Below the pieces are notes generated by a model that did no database searches, was not told the origin of the DNA, and saw only the letters and a list, made by a program, of their open reading frames with translations. Shown here in pieces: positions 1-9,633 of a stretch of 49,204 nucleotides of DNA (positions are counted from its first letter, which is position 1; each line of letters begins with the position of its first letter). The DNA comes from Pseudomonadota bacterium (lineage in GTDB: Bacteria > Bdellovibrionota_G > JALEGL01 > DATDPG01). The stretch is from positions 1 to 49,204 of the forward strand of contig JAZDIZ010000091.1 of assembly GCA_043804515.1 (NCBI GenBank). Reading direction: 5' to 3'. Position numbers and translations under genes: made by a program.

Positions 1-41
1 TGCCCCTCCTTTTGGGGTGCGCGCCGGCCCTGTAAAGCCGC

Positions 42-704
42 ATGGAAGCCTGGGACGACCTCGACCCGGCCCGAAAGAGAGACTCCATCGTAAGCTCGGC
101 GAAGGCGATGGCACATTCGCGGCGCTTTGCCGTCGGGGAACACCGCTTTTCGACCGACTGCAGCGGTTACGTGGGCGCCGTGCTGTATCGGAACGGAATC
201 GACGTCTTCCGGGGCGCTACGGAACTCGACATCCGCGGCAACGGCGTCCGGATCCTCCACGAATTCGTCATCAAATACGGCAGAATTTTTCACGACGAGG
301 CCGCTCCAGGCGACCTCGTGTTCTTCAACAATACGTACGACCGGAACCGTGACCGGAATCTCAACGATGCCCTCACCCACATCGGTATCGTCTCAGGCGT
401 CGACTCGGACGGAACCGTGAGGTTTCTGCACTATATGAAGGGGAAGGTCCGCAAGGGCGTGATGAACCTTCAAAATCCGTGGCTTGCAAGGGACGAGGAG
501 GGAAACAAGGTCAACGACTACATGCGGCGGCGTAAACGGTCGGACCGCCGGGGCACGCCTCACACGGCCGCCGGCCTCTTTGCCGATTTCGGATCCCTCC
601 TCGTCCTCCGCATCGACGAACCTAGCCCGACCCCCACGCCGACCGCGCAACCGGCACCTCAACCGGTAGAGACGCCACCCGCGAGCCCACAAGACGATGA
701 ATAG
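42..704 (+). CDS. NlpC/P60-CHAP-type cysteine peptidase (cell-wall hydrolase-like), Pro-rich tail
   Basis: DCSGYV catalytic Cys motif, PGDLVFF and THIGIV His motif; an in-frame lipobox-like LLLGC lies upstream, separated by TAA at 33-35. Confidence 0.8.
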   Translation: MEAWDDLDPARKRDSIVSSAKAMAHSRRFAVGEHRFSTDCSGYVGAVLYRNGIDVFRGATELDIRGNGVRILHEFVIKYGRIFHDEAAPGDLVFFNNTYDRNRDRNLNDALTHIGIVSGVDSDGTVRFLHYMKGKVRKGVMNLQNPWLARDEEGNKVNDYMRRRKRSDRRGTPHTAAGLFADFGSLLVLRIDEPSPTPTPTAQPAPQPVETPPASPQDDE

Positions 705-815
705 CCCATCCTTGGTAGTTGAGTATTAGGTTTATTTGCCGGATAAGTGAGATCTGAATCTCCTTCAAGAGCGGTAGGGGAAATCGGTGTCCCGGGGGCT
801 GTCCCTCGAAGGACA

Positions 816-847
816 CGTCGATTTTGGGTTACGCCCCAAAATCGACG
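816..847. repeat. Perfect 13-bp stem hairpin
   Basis: CGTCGATTTTGGG-ttacgc-CCCAAAATCGACG in the gap between convergent genes. Confidence 0.7.
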
Positions 848-878
848 CTCGCCTGCTCGCTCGCCGTGGCATCGGAAG

Positions 879-930
879 CATGGAGACAGCTCGCTGCGCA
901 CGCCTTCTCGGACCAACCCCCGGCCCTCCG
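879..930 (+). repeat. Dispersed intergenic repeat family B, copy 1
   Basis: GCTCGCTGCGCACGCCTTC..G.CCAACCCCCGGCC shared with 10575-10622. Confidence 0.7.
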
Positions 931-1023
931 CTTTCCGTACTCCTCAATTCTCAAAATTTCGATTCCGATATGATCCAATTGGAGAAAATGGTGCGTGCTC
1001 TATGCGCTCTTGACGAAAATTGT

Positions 1024-1177
1024 GGATTGGGGGGCGCGGGGGTTCCCCCGCAGGGGCGTGTCGGAACCGGTCGCATCCATGCATATAAACCGCGACCGGT
1101 GAGCACCGAGGGACGGCGAGGCGCGTAAGCCGAGCCGATCCCATCCCCGGAGGGGGTCCCCCGCGACCAGCCAATCT
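1024..1177. repeat. Multi-hairpin REP-like structured element
   Basis: GATTGG...CCAATC ends; stems GCGGGG/CCCCGC and ACCGGTCGC/GCGACCGGT. Confidence 0.5.
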
Positions 1178-1243
1178 AGACACCTTCGGAAGGAGAGGGC
1201 GGAACAGGACGCGACAAATCGGGTCAGCGCTGAGGACTCTCTT

Positions 1244-1498
1244 TTACGGTTCTTTCTTCTCTTCCTCGTCGGCGGTGAAAAAGCTCGGATCCACGAACCT
1301 CGGGGGGCCCTTGTCCATCGGAGCCGAGGGATCCACGACCGAGGTGACCTGGCCCATCGGCACCGTGATATACCCCGTTTCTCCCTTAAGCAGGATCTCG
1401 TCTTCCGAGGCCTCGATCAAGACGCCTCGGTAAACAAGGCCGTTCGCCCGAACTTCCACCTTCTTTTTCTTGAGCAGGTCCAGTTTCGTTCGAAGCAC
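1244..1498 (-). CDS. Small protein, putative Sm-like (LSm/Hfq-like) fold
   Basis: KKVEVRANGLVYRGVLIEASEDEILLK...ITVPMGQVTSV resembles the Sm1/Sm2 strand pattern; GTG start after a purine-rich RBS. Confidence 0.6.
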   Translation of the reverse strand: MLRTKLDLLKKKKVEVRANGLVYRGVLIEASEDEILLKGETGYITVPMGQVTSVVDPSAPMDKGPPRFVDPSFFTADEEEKKEP

Positions 1499-1537
1499 TT
1501 GATCCTCTCTCTCCGCCGATTCGCGGGAACCGGCCGT

Positions 1538-1984
1538 TCACTGCGATTTCTTCAATCGCGCATTCTCGTCTTTCGCTTCCTTTTTCTTCTCGTTTTCCAG
1601 GAAGGATTTGATGGTCTCAATGGAGTTCGCCGCCGCCCTCCGGACTTCGCGGTCGCTGTCGTTCGATGAAGCGTCGTGCAGCGGACCAAACGCCTTCTCG
1701 TCCCCCAGAAGGCCGAGCGATTTGGCCGCCTCCGCCCGCACGCCCGGATCCGGGTCCTTGAGCGCGGCTACTAAAGACGGGATCGCCTCGCGGGTTCCCA
1801 TCTTTCCGAGACTCCGGGCCGCGTTCTTGCGCACCAACTTGAGGGGGTGGGACTTCAGCGTGCGGACCCAATAGTCCAGATGCGGATCGGCCGCGGCCGC
1901 CCCTTCCGGCGCGGGAGCGGCGTTCAGCGCGAATGGCGGCAGCGCCATAAGGCAGGCCAACGCCAAGCCCAAGACCGTTTTCAT
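1538..1984 (-). CDS. Secreted HEAT/PBS-lyase repeat protein
   Basis: Signal peptide; repeats VRKNAARSLG, VRAEAAKSLG, VRRAAANSI. Confidence 0.85.
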   Translation of the reverse strand: MKTVLGLALACLMALPPFALNAAPAPEGAAAADPHLDYWVRTLKSHPLKLVRKNAARSLGKMGTREAIPSLVAALKDPDPGVRAEAAKSLGLLGDEKAFGPLHDASSNDSDREVRRAAANSIETIKSFLENEKKKEAKDENARLKKSQ

Positions 1985-2571
1985 TCCCCTTTCTTCCCCT
2001 GTTTCAGATAGGCCTCGTCAAACCATTTGCTGCTCAAGTACCGCGCTCCCAAATCGGGGCAGTTCGCTTCGTTGGTCTGTTCCTTGAGCCGTTTCCAATC
2101 CACTTTCTTCCCGAGAAGCTGGTGCCGCTCCACGGCGATCTTGAGGTACGGGATCACCCGGCTCGTCGGCAGCACTTCCCCTTTTTTTTGGCCGAGCTTT
2201 GTGCCCCCTTCGATGTCGAAGAACTTAAGCTCGATCTCAATAAGCGCCGGATATTGAACGAATGCGTCCACGGCTCCTTTTCCGTACGCCCCGCGCCCGA
2301 AAAGAAGCCATTTGTAGGCATTGCAGACCTCCTCATCCGGATCTCGGGATTGAAGGCCCCGCCAATAGGAAATTTCCGCGGCGAACCCTTTTTGTTCCGA
2401 TCCGCGTACCAGAACCCGCTCTTGAGGGCTGCGCCGCTCCTTTTTGAGCAGGTAAATTCCGAAGAATCCGTCTAGATCGTTCGCAAGCGCGGTCGCGTCG
2501 ACGGCTGCTCGCGCCTGCGGAGGCGCGCAGAGCGCCGTCACAACGAGCGCCGCTAAAATGCCCTTGGTCAT
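1981..2571 (-). CDS. Hypothetical secreted protein
   Basis: Start moved to MTKGILAALVV (signal peptide ending ARA); ATGA overlap with the next gene. Confidence 0.7.
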   Translation of the reverse strand: MTKGILAALVVTALCAPPQARAAVDATALANDLDGFFGIYLLKKERRSPQERVLVRGSEQKGFAAEISYWRGLQSRDPDEEVCNAYKWLLFGRGAYGKGAVDAFVQYPALIEIELKFFDIEGGTKLGQKKGEVLPTSRVIPYLKIAVERHQLLGKKVDWKRLKEQTNEANCPDLGARYLSSKWFDEAYLKQGKKGE

Positions 2572-2584
2572 GGGGTGACTATAA

Positions 2585-5302
2585 CTAAAAACTCTGGACG
2601 ACGCCGAAATAAAACCGAACCGGCTCATGGTGCCGGGTCACCTCCCAAGCGGCGTCGAAACGAATCAGGCCGGGGTTCACGCCGAAATAGTCCACGAGAA
2701 AACGGAGGCCGTAACCCACGTCGCTCGCAAACGACGAATAGCGGAACAGGTCCCCGAAGCCGGTACCTTGGGCGTTCCCGAACGCAAATTGATCCGCCCG
2801 CTCCTGGGATGTTCCTGCGGCGCTCCCGGCGTCCGCGAACAACGCACCCTGGACGTCCCGCACCCGAAGAATCCCCAGATTCCAATCCACGTCTTTCAGA
2901 AGAATGTGCCGGTACTCCGCGCTGGTCAGGAGGAGATGCCTCCCGATGTAGCGATCGTCGTTGATGCTTAAGCCCCGAATCGCGTTGATGCCTCCGAGCC
3001 GGTACATGACCTGGGCCGGAATGTCGTTGGGTCCCGAAATCCCCAGAAAACCCCGCAAGTCGACAAAGTGGTTCGGATGGAATGGCAGGATCCAGGAGCC
3101 GCCGATGCTTACCTGATAGAAGTCCGACTCGCCCCCCAGATAGTGATTCCCCCAGACGGCCGTGATTCCGGCCCCGCCCCCCTCCAACGGGTTCGTGAGG
3201 GAGAGCTGGCTACCGAAGGAATAGCTCACGGCCAGGCTGCTTTCGAATTCGTTGCCTCCCACTGCGACCACGGCGGTATTTCCCGTCGCCGCGTCCACCG
3301 CGAGAGCGTTCCGCGCCGCCAGGCGGTTGAACCCGTAATCGATTGATATGCCGTGGCTCAGGCGCAGGCGGTCGATCAGCCTGCCGAACAGCCGCCCATA
3401 CCCGACGCCGAACCCGTACGAATCCACGGCGTACCCGGCGCTTATGTCGTACCGATTGAACCCGCCGTAGGCCCGGCGGAACTGGCCCGACACGAACCCG
3501 GTGGGGCGCTGCGCGTTGAAATCAAAATCCACGTAGTACTGCATGAGAACGAATTTGTACTGCGGGGGGGAGCGGTTATCCGAGAGGTCCGTTTCCAGCA
3601 ACCGCCGGCGCGGATCGATCTCGATCACCGACGGTTTGCCCCGCGTTTCGGCCACGTAGGTGTGCTCCGTTCCCAGGCCGTCCCATCGAAGGGAAACGTT
3701 TTCCCCCTTTTTCGTCCGGATCCCGAGCTCGACGGGCTCCTCGAACATCGCCGCGGTTTCCTTGGCCACCGCGACTTCCGTCCTCCAGCCGTCTTGGGTC
3801 CGGATCTGGCGGTGGCTCTTGAGCCGGTAGTTCACTCTCGGCCGCGGATCCGTCCATCGGCGGAGCTCCGCCGACTGATTTTCCCCGACCGTTTTCTCCA
3901 ACATTTTGCCGAACGGCAGAGGGGACTCCGCGAGATACGAGAAGGCCGCGCGTTGAGCGACCGCCTCCCCCAGCGCATCTTCCATGTGAGCGTAAATCGT
4001 GCGCCCCCACGGGCGGGCGTGGTTGAACGTGAGCGGGTCGTCCCGCACCGGATCGTACGGATAGACGTAGTCGTAAAACACGTCGAAAAACGCGAACTGG
4101 GGAGCGTAGATCAACCGGTCGATGCTGTAGAGGAAGCTCAACGCCCGCACGGGAAGGAGCGTCCGGGCGTCCAGGTGCGTGTACTCTTGGTCCCTCACAA
4201 AACGCTCGGCCCAGGCCCACGAAACGGTTTCGGCCACCCAGAAGTAATCGCGGCTGCTCTCCCGGCGCGACGCCTCGGGCAGAACCATTTGGAAAAACAG
4301 GCTGTGGGCGATCGGCGTGGAGTGGTATTGGCGGATCCACGGATAGACTTTGAAGGCCCGGTCGGAGACAAACGTGACGCCTTCGGCCTTGTCCACCATG
4401 GATTCCCGAAGCGGCGCGGTAGCCAGCACCAAGGGGGCGTCGAGTCCGTCGAAAGCCGGCTGCCGGCGAACAAAGTCGAACCATTGCATCACGAATTCCC
4501 GGATCGATCGGAGTTCCACGCTCCAGTGCTTCGGCCAAACGATTTGAACCGAATGAAAGCGGTCCTGGAGTGTCTCGCTTTCGAGGGCCGGCGCCAGCTG
4601 AAGGCTGACCTCCCGCACATCGGACAACGATATGTGGACGGGCTTCCCGGGCGTATTCCCTCGGAATACCTTGGCTCCGACAAGAAGGTCCCCGTGCGTC
4701 CGGATGTCCAGATCCACGTCGGCGCGCGGCGGGAGCTGGTCCAATTTGAACCCTTCGCCCGGCCGATACGAGGCCACGCAGGGAAACCATCCTCCGGCCA
4801 ACGTCATCACCTTCCGGTAAAACCCGAACGGGCCGTATTTCGCCGGCACGGAGAGGGCGAACTCGAGCGCCAGCTCGAACCGGCCGCCGGTTTCAATAGG
4901 CCGCGGCAGCCGGACAGACACGAACGCCCCTTCGGGGTACCGCGGATCGCGGACGGGCTCCCACGTAAGCTCGGTTCCGCCCGCCGCCTTCTTAAGGTCG
5001 AGGGAACCGTACGAATAACCGTTCGTATAAATGCGCCGGATGTTGAGATCGTCCAGGTGGGGCAGCTTCGCGCGATACCGGTTGGGAAAGAGAACCAGCT
5101 CCAAGTGGTCGACGGGTCCGGGGCCGCGGTTTTCAACCGAAACCTGAAGTTCTCCGCTGACCTGCCGTTCTTGATAACGCGTGAAGTCAGCCCGGATTTT
5201 GTAGTGAAGGAGCAGCGGCTCCGGCTCCGCCCGCGCATGACGAGGAGGAGCCGCAAGGGCCCACAGAAGAGCAAGAAAAATCAGACTGGAACGGGAGATC
5301 AT
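2585..5302 (-). CDS. Omp85 (BamA/TamA-type) beta-barrel fused to an N-terminal degenerate M1 aminopeptidase-like region
   Basis: Signal peptide; M1-like IAHSLFFQ, WVAET and IDPRRRLLETDLSDN; Omp85 motifs LGGINAIRG, LFADAG and GYGLRF; C-terminal FYFGVVQSF. Confidence 0.75.
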   Translation of the reverse strand: MISRSSLIFLALLWALAAPPRHARAEPEPLLLHYKIRADFTRYQERQVSGELQVSVENRGPGPVDHLELVLFPNRYRAKLPHLDDLNIRRIYTNGYSYGSLDLKKAAGGTELTWEPVRDPRYPEGAFVSVRLPRPIETGGRFELALEFALSVPAKYGPFGFYRKVMTLAGGWFPCVASYRPGEGFKLDQLPPRADVDLDIRTHGDLLVGAKVFRGNTPGKPVHISLSDVREVSLQLAPALESETLQDRFHSVQIVWPKHWSVELRSIREFVMQWFDFVRRQPAFDGLDAPLVLATAPLRESMVDKAEGVTFVSDRAFKVYPWIRQYHSTPIAHSLFFQMVLPEASRRESSRDYFWVAETVSWAWAERFVRDQEYTHLDARTLLPVRALSFLYSIDRLIYAPQFAFFDVFYDYVYPYDPVRDDPLTFNHARPWGRTIYAHMEDALGEAVAQRAAFSYLAESPLPFGKMLEKTVGENQSAELRRWTDPRPRVNYRLKSHRQIRTQDGWRTEVAVAKETAAMFEEPVELGIRTKKGENVSLRWDGLGTEHTYVAETRGKPSVIEIDPRRRLLETDLSDNRSPPQYKFVLMQYYVDFDFNAQRPTGFVSGQFRRAYGGFNRYDISAGYAVDSYGFGVGYGRLFGRLIDRLRLSHGISIDYGFNRLAARNALAVDAATGNTAVVAVGGNEFESSLAVSYSFGSQLSLTNPLEGGGAGITAVWGNHYLGGESDFYQVSIGGSWILPFHPNHFVDLRGFLGISGPNDIPAQVMYRLGGINAIRGLSINDDRYIGRHLLLTSAEYRHILLKDVDWNLGILRVRDVQGALFADAGSAAGTSQERADQFAFGNAQGTGFGDLFRYSSFASDVGYGLRFLVDYFGVNPGLIRFDAAWEVTRHHEPVRFYFGVVQSF

Positions 5303-5459
5303 TTCGGGGGCGATGCGCTCATTCTAACCTCTCGAATTTCGGAGGAAAATAGCGTTCTTTCCCCGGCATTCCGGTTGACTTGGCCGTCTCCATTTCTTAT
5401 CCTCGAACGGAACGAAAGCTTTTCAAATCCTTATTCGGTTATATCGCCAAAATTAAAGA

Positions 5460-7169
5460 ATGGTTTGTATTTTCCCGTACCGCCGCACGTCAACTGTCGC
5501 GCCCATAGTGATCTTGCTTCTTGGGCTCGTCGCGTGCGCGCACAAAGCTCCCGTCCGGACCGCCGCCGGCGGCGGGAAAGCCCCGGCGGCCAAACAGGAG
5601 GGGACCTCCGCTTCGGGCGCCGGGACGGCGCAACCGGTGGAACCCTTCTACGAGGCCTCCAGCGAAAAGGACCTGAGCGCGGAACAGGCTTCGGGCGAGG
5701 AAAAGGAACCGGAGGAACAGGTCATCGGCGGCGAGGTGGAGGAGGAGATCGCGAAGTCGGTGCAGAAAGAGGTCCCGACATTCGATATCCCGATCGTCAT
5801 CAACGCCGAGGTCGAAAAATGGATGGAGTATTTCCAGGGGCGGGGCCGGAAGTACTATCTTCTTTGGCTGATTCGGTCGGAACGGTACATCCCGATGATG
5901 CAGAAGATCCTCCGGGAGAACGGCCTGCCGGAGGATTTGGTTTATCTCGCCATGATCGAAAGCGGATTCAAGCCGTACGCATACTCCAGGGCGCGCGCCA
6001 GCGGTCCGTGGCAGTTCATCAAAGGCACGGGCCGGCTCTACGGCCTGCGCACTAATTTCTGGCTCGACGAGAGGCGGGACCCCGAAAAATCCACCATCGC
6101 CGCGGCCCAGCACCTTAAAGACCTCTACGACCAGTTCAATTCCTGGTATCTCGCGGCATCGGCATACAACGCGGGCGCCGGGAAGATCTCCAAAGCCATC
6201 CGGAAATACAGCACCGAAGATTTCTGGGAAATGTCCCGGTCCAAGAACCGCTACCTGCGCTCGGAGACGAAAAATTACGTTCCCAAGCTGATCGCCGCCG
6301 CGTTGATGGCCAAGTCGCCCGAGCGGTACGGCTTTACGAACATCCAGTTCGAAAATCCCTTGGAGTACGACAAGGTTCAGGTGCCGGAGCCCACGGAGAT
6401 CGCCAGGGTCGCCGAGGCGCTCAAGATGGATCCCCGGATCCTCTTCGACCTGAATCCCGAGCTCTTGCGCGGCATCACGCCTCCCGGCATGCCCGATTAC
6501 GAACTCAAGATCCCAAAGGGGTTCCGGGAGAAGTTCGTCGCGGTTTATCCCGGAATCCGCAGCGCGTCCGCCGTCACGGTGGCGCGGCATGTGGCAAAAA
6601 GGGGCGAAAGCCTGGCTTCGATCGCGCGGAAGTACGGCGTGAACGCGGAGGCGGTCGCGACGTTCAACCAGCTCAAGGGAAAGAAGATCAAGTCGGGCCA
6701 GCAGCTCGCGATCCCGTATTACGTGAAAGCTCCGAAGGAACGGTACGCGTCGGTCGAGGAGGCCCAGATCAAAGGCCGAAAGAAGGCATCCTATAAGGTG
6801 CGGCACGGCGACACGCTTTGGTCCATTTCGCGAAGGTTCGATGTCTCCGTTTCATCGATCCGCAACTGGAACGACCTGGAGGGGAGGAACATCTATCCCG
6901 GGCAGAAACTGAAGCTGTACGCGCGCGCGGATCCGGCCGAGCTCGTCGCGGCGGACGTGCCTCCGCCCCCTGCACCGGCCACGGCTTCCGCAAAGGCCCC
7001 TCCCTCCAAGGACGCCGGCGGATGGATCACCTACCAGGTGGCGGACGGCGACACGCTTTGGAACATCGCCAAGAAATATAACGTAACGGTTTCCGATCTT
7101 TCCGCGTGGAACCAGGTCCAGGACGACGACATCCGGGCCGGGCAGACGCTTAAAATCCGCGCACAATAG
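5460..7169 (+). CDS. mltD: Membrane-bound lytic murein transglycosylase D-like (SLT + 3 LysM), lipoprotein
   Basis: Lipobox LVAC; MIESGF, ASGPWQFI, YNAGAG and ETKNYVPK; three LysM repeats (GESLASIA, GDTLWSIS, GDTLWNIA). Confidence 0.92.
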   Translation: MVCIFPYRRTSTVAPIVILLLGLVACAHKAPVRTAAGGGKAPAAKQEGTSASGAGTAQPVEPFYEASSEKDLSAEQASGEEKEPEEQVIGGEVEEEIAKSVQKEVPTFDIPIVINAEVEKWMEYFQGRGRKYYLLWLIRSERYIPMMQKILRENGLPEDLVYLAMIESGFKPYAYSRARASGPWQFIKGTGRLYGLRTNFWLDERRDPEKSTIAAAQHLKDLYDQFNSWYLAASAYNAGAGKISKAIRKYSTEDFWEMSRSKNRYLRSETKNYVPKLIAAALMAKSPERYGFTNIQFENPLEYDKVQVPEPTEIARVAEALKMDPRILFDLNPELLRGITPPGMPDYELKIPKGFREKFVAVYPGIRSASAVTVARHVAKRGESLASIARKYGVNAEAVATFNQLKGKKIKSGQQLAIPYYVKAPKERYASVEEAQIKGRKKASYKVRHGDTLWSISRRFDVSVSSIRNWNDLEGRNIYPGQKLKLYARADPAELVAADVPPPPAPATASAKAPPSKDAGGWITYQVADGDTLWNIAKKYNVTVSDLSAWNQVQDDDIRAGQTLKIRAQ

Positions 7170-7211
7170 GCCAAGAGTGGCCGTTTTGCCGCCTTTCCTG
7201 TAGAAGAGAGC

Positions 7212-8249
7212 ATGAATCTGCGCGAAGCCCTTTTGCGGCTTCCCAAAACCGACCTCCATTGCCACCTCGACGGCTCGATGCGGGCCGAGACGATCATGGA
7301 CATCGCCCGCAAAGAGAGCGTGGCTCTGGGAACCGACGATCTTTCGGAACTCAAAAAAAGGCTGGTCTCCGGCAGGCGCGTTTCAACCCTCGAAACCTTT
7401 CTGAAGGCCTTCAAGCTCACGACGCCGGTAATGCAAACACGCGAAGGGATCGAAAGAATCGCGTTCGAACTGGCGGAGGACGCCGCGGCCGAGAACGTGC
7501 GTTATTTGGAGGTTCGGTTCACGCCGATCTGGTGCGTTCAGAAGGGGCTTTCCCACCGGGAGGTCATGCTGGCCGCAGAATCCGGACTCAAGAAAGCGGA
7601 AGCCCTCTACCCCATCCGGACAGGCCTCATCATCTGCGCGATCCGGATCCGGGAGCCCGGACTCTCCATGGAACTGGCCCAACTGGCCGTCTCGTTGAAA
7701 AACGACGGGGTCGTGGGCTTCGATCTGGCACACGCCGAGCAGGGGAACCCCGCCAAGGAGCATGCCGAGGCTTTTCAGTTCGCCAAGAAGAACGGACTGG
7801 GGATCACCGTTCACGCCGGCGAGGCCTACGGCCCGGGGAGCATCAGCCAGGCGATCAAGTACTGCGGCGCCGTCCGGATCGGCCACGGCAGGACCCTTTG
7901 TGAGGATCCGGCGCTCGAGCAACGGGTGAAGGAACTCGGCATCGCCATCGAGTGCTGTCCCTCCAGCAATGTGCAGATCAATCTGACCCCTTCGTTCGCG
8001 GATCACCCGGTGCGAGGCTATGTTCAGCGCGGCCTGATCGCCACGCTCAATACCGACAACCGCCTCCTGACCGGAATCCGGGTCACGGACGAATACGTCC
8101 GCTGCGCGGAAGAGCTCCACATGACGTGGGAGGAACTCAAAACAACGGCGCTCAACGGGTTCCGCGCCGCGTTTCTCCCCGAGGACGAAAAGAGCGCTCT
8201 TTCCCGCGCCGCTCAGGACGAGATGAACCGCATCTCGCTTTCCTCGTAA
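7212..8249 (+). CDS. add: Adenosine deaminase
   Basis: LPKTDLHCHLDGS, TVHAGE, RIGHG, CPSSN, NTDN. Confidence 0.93.
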   Translation: MNLREALLRLPKTDLHCHLDGSMRAETIMDIARKESVALGTDDLSELKKRLVSGRRVSTLETFLKAFKLTTPVMQTREGIERIAFELAEDAAAENVRYLEVRFTPIWCVQKGLSHREVMLAAESGLKKAEALYPIRTGLIICAIRIREPGLSMELAQLAVSLKNDGVVGFDLAHAEQGNPAKEHAEAFQFAKKNGLGITVHAGEAYGPGSISQAIKYCGAVRIGHGRTLCEDPALEQRVKELGIAIECCPSSNVQINLTPSFADHPVRGYVQRGLIATLNTDNRLLTGIRVTDEYVRCAEELHMTWEELKTTALNGFRAAFLPEDEKSALSRAAQDEMNRISLSS

Positions 8250-8265
8250 TAATCCGATTCCGCCG

Positions 8266-9036
8266 TTACAGAAGGAACAAGATCGGGATGATGATCGCGG
8301 CCAGCGACGCGGCCGCGCCGACGATGTACACCAAGATGGATCCCGCCTTTTCCTCGGCGGACATCGGTTCCATTTGGTCCGCTTCGGCCGCGGTTTTCGG
8401 GTTCACCTCTTCCCGCATGCAGACCGCACGCGAGGCCTGGGGTACCGCGACCGTAACGGGCTTGAATGTGTGCCCTTGCATCACGCACTGCGTTTTGTAT
8501 TTTCCGTCCCGGAGCCAAACCCACGCGGGAGCCTCGCCGATCTCCCGTCCGTCCACTTTCACGTCGGCCATGGGGGGAACCGAATCGATCACGATCAGTC
8601 TCTGCGCCCGGAAGATGTCGTCGCACCGCGGCCGCGGGATATCCAGGAGAACCGTGGAAACGTACCCGCCCAGGTAGTTCACCGTTCTTAAGTAGTCCTG
8701 CTTCCCGCTTCGAAAGGCGATCAGGAGAAGCTGGAACCCTTGAATCCGTTCGAACTGCGGAAACGTTTCGCCGAACGCGAGCAGCCCTTCGGCCCTAACC
8801 CCCGCGTTCCGTGCGGCCCGATGCACCGCCGTGTCGTCCAGCACCTCGAGCCCCGGATACGAGGCCGGGCACTGTTCCAGGAGCGTCCGATCGAGGGCGC
8901 TCCCGAGATTCAGGATGGCCATCGTGAACCGGCTTGTGGAATGGATGGCTTCCCCTTTCATGGGGGACGGCCCGGCCTTCCCGCCGCAAGCGGCCAGAAG
9001 AACGGAGATCAGCAGGATCTCAAGCTTCCGCTTCAT
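8266..9036 (-). CDS. PEGA-domain lipoprotein with C-terminal TM helix
   Basis: Lipobox LAAC; IDSVPPMADVKVDGREIGEAP PEGA motif; hydrophobic C-terminus. Confidence 0.7.
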   Translation of the reverse strand: MKRKLEILLISVLLAACGGKAGPSPMKGEAIHSTSRFTMAILNLGSALDRTLLEQCPASYPGLEVLDDTAVHRAARNAGVRAEGLLAFGETFPQFERIQGFQLLLIAFRSGKQDYLRTVNYLGGYVSTVLLDIPRPRCDDIFRAQRLIVIDSVPPMADVKVDGREIGEAPAWVWLRDGKYKTQCVMQGHTFKPVTVAVPQASRAVCMREEVNPKTAAEADQMEPMSAEEKAGSILVYIVGAAASLAAIIIPILFLL

Positions 9037-9448
9037 CCTTCGCTTCTTCGATCACCCTGGTTCCGGCGAAAATATCGCCGATCCGGATCCCGCGATCATC
9101 CATGTAGATAAAGTAGGTCTCCGCGGCGACGAATACGACCAGGAATACGAAGAAGAGCGTTCCCAGGATCAAGCCCAGGCTGGAGAGAACCACAAGGAGG
9201 CCGAAAACCGCGTTTCGGAGAATCGACTCGCGGAACAAGGCCGGGTGCGGCGTCTTTGGAGGGTCGTCCACGATCACCCGCAGGCCGATGAGGCGTTTTC
9301 CGAGGCTCTGGCCGTGGAACCCGTCCGCAATCAGGATGTAGAGGGCCCCGCCCAGAACCCCGGCCCACGACAATTTGGCGGCGATGCCCACGAGCAGGAA
9401 ATCGATCGCCTTCGCGATGGCCCGGTGGAGATGGTCGGCTTTCTTCAC
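9020..9448 (-). CDS. RDD family membrane protein
   Basis: RAIAKAID, GQSLGKRLIGLRVI, RIGDIFAGTRVI; GTG start overlapping the upstream TGA. Confidence 0.85.
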   Translation of the reverse strand: MKKADHLHRAIAKAIDFLLVGIAAKLSWAGVLGGALYILIADGFHGQSLGKRLIGLRVIVDDPPKTPHPALFRESILRNAVFGLLVVLSSLGLILGTLFFVFLVVFVAAETYFIYMDDRGIRIGDIFAGTRVIEEAKDEAEA

Positions 9449-9633
9449 GCGGATCCCCTCTCCTTCCTCGTGAAGGCCACGAACGCCATGGCCGGCCGTT
9501 TGGACGCCTCTCTCATCGCGAAATGCATCCCTTCCAACTGGTAGCCTTTCGCCATCCATTCATTCACGATCTTCTCCAATTCCTCGTCCGTTACGGTCGT
9601 GCATTCCACAATCTTGTAGGGTCCGGTTTCCAG
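9445..9633 (-). CDS. DUF4177-like small protein (not in ORF track; probable CTG start)
   Basis: Manual translation ETGPYKIVECTTVTDEELEKIVNEWMAKGYQLEGMHFAMREASKRPAMAFVAFTR; GGAGAGG RBS 5 nt before CTG; stop overlaps the RDD start. Confidence 0.75.
   Translation of the reverse strand: METGPYKIVECTTVTDEELEKIVNEWMAKGYQLEGMHFAMREASKRPAMAFVAFTRKERGSA

Noticed and set aside
705..1240. tRNA, SRP or other known ncRNA
   Set aside because: No cloverleaf, T-loop or SRP signature recognised by eye; an Infernal/Rfam scan would be needed to exclude it.
3353..6055. 900-aa plus-strand ORF
   Set aside because: Antisense shadow of the Omp85 fusion that runs out of frame into mltD; no motifs; typical of high-GC DNA.
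9449..9559. N-terminal extension of the RDD ORF
   Set aside because: Belongs to the DUF4177-like gene in another frame; the GTGA overlap gives a better start.
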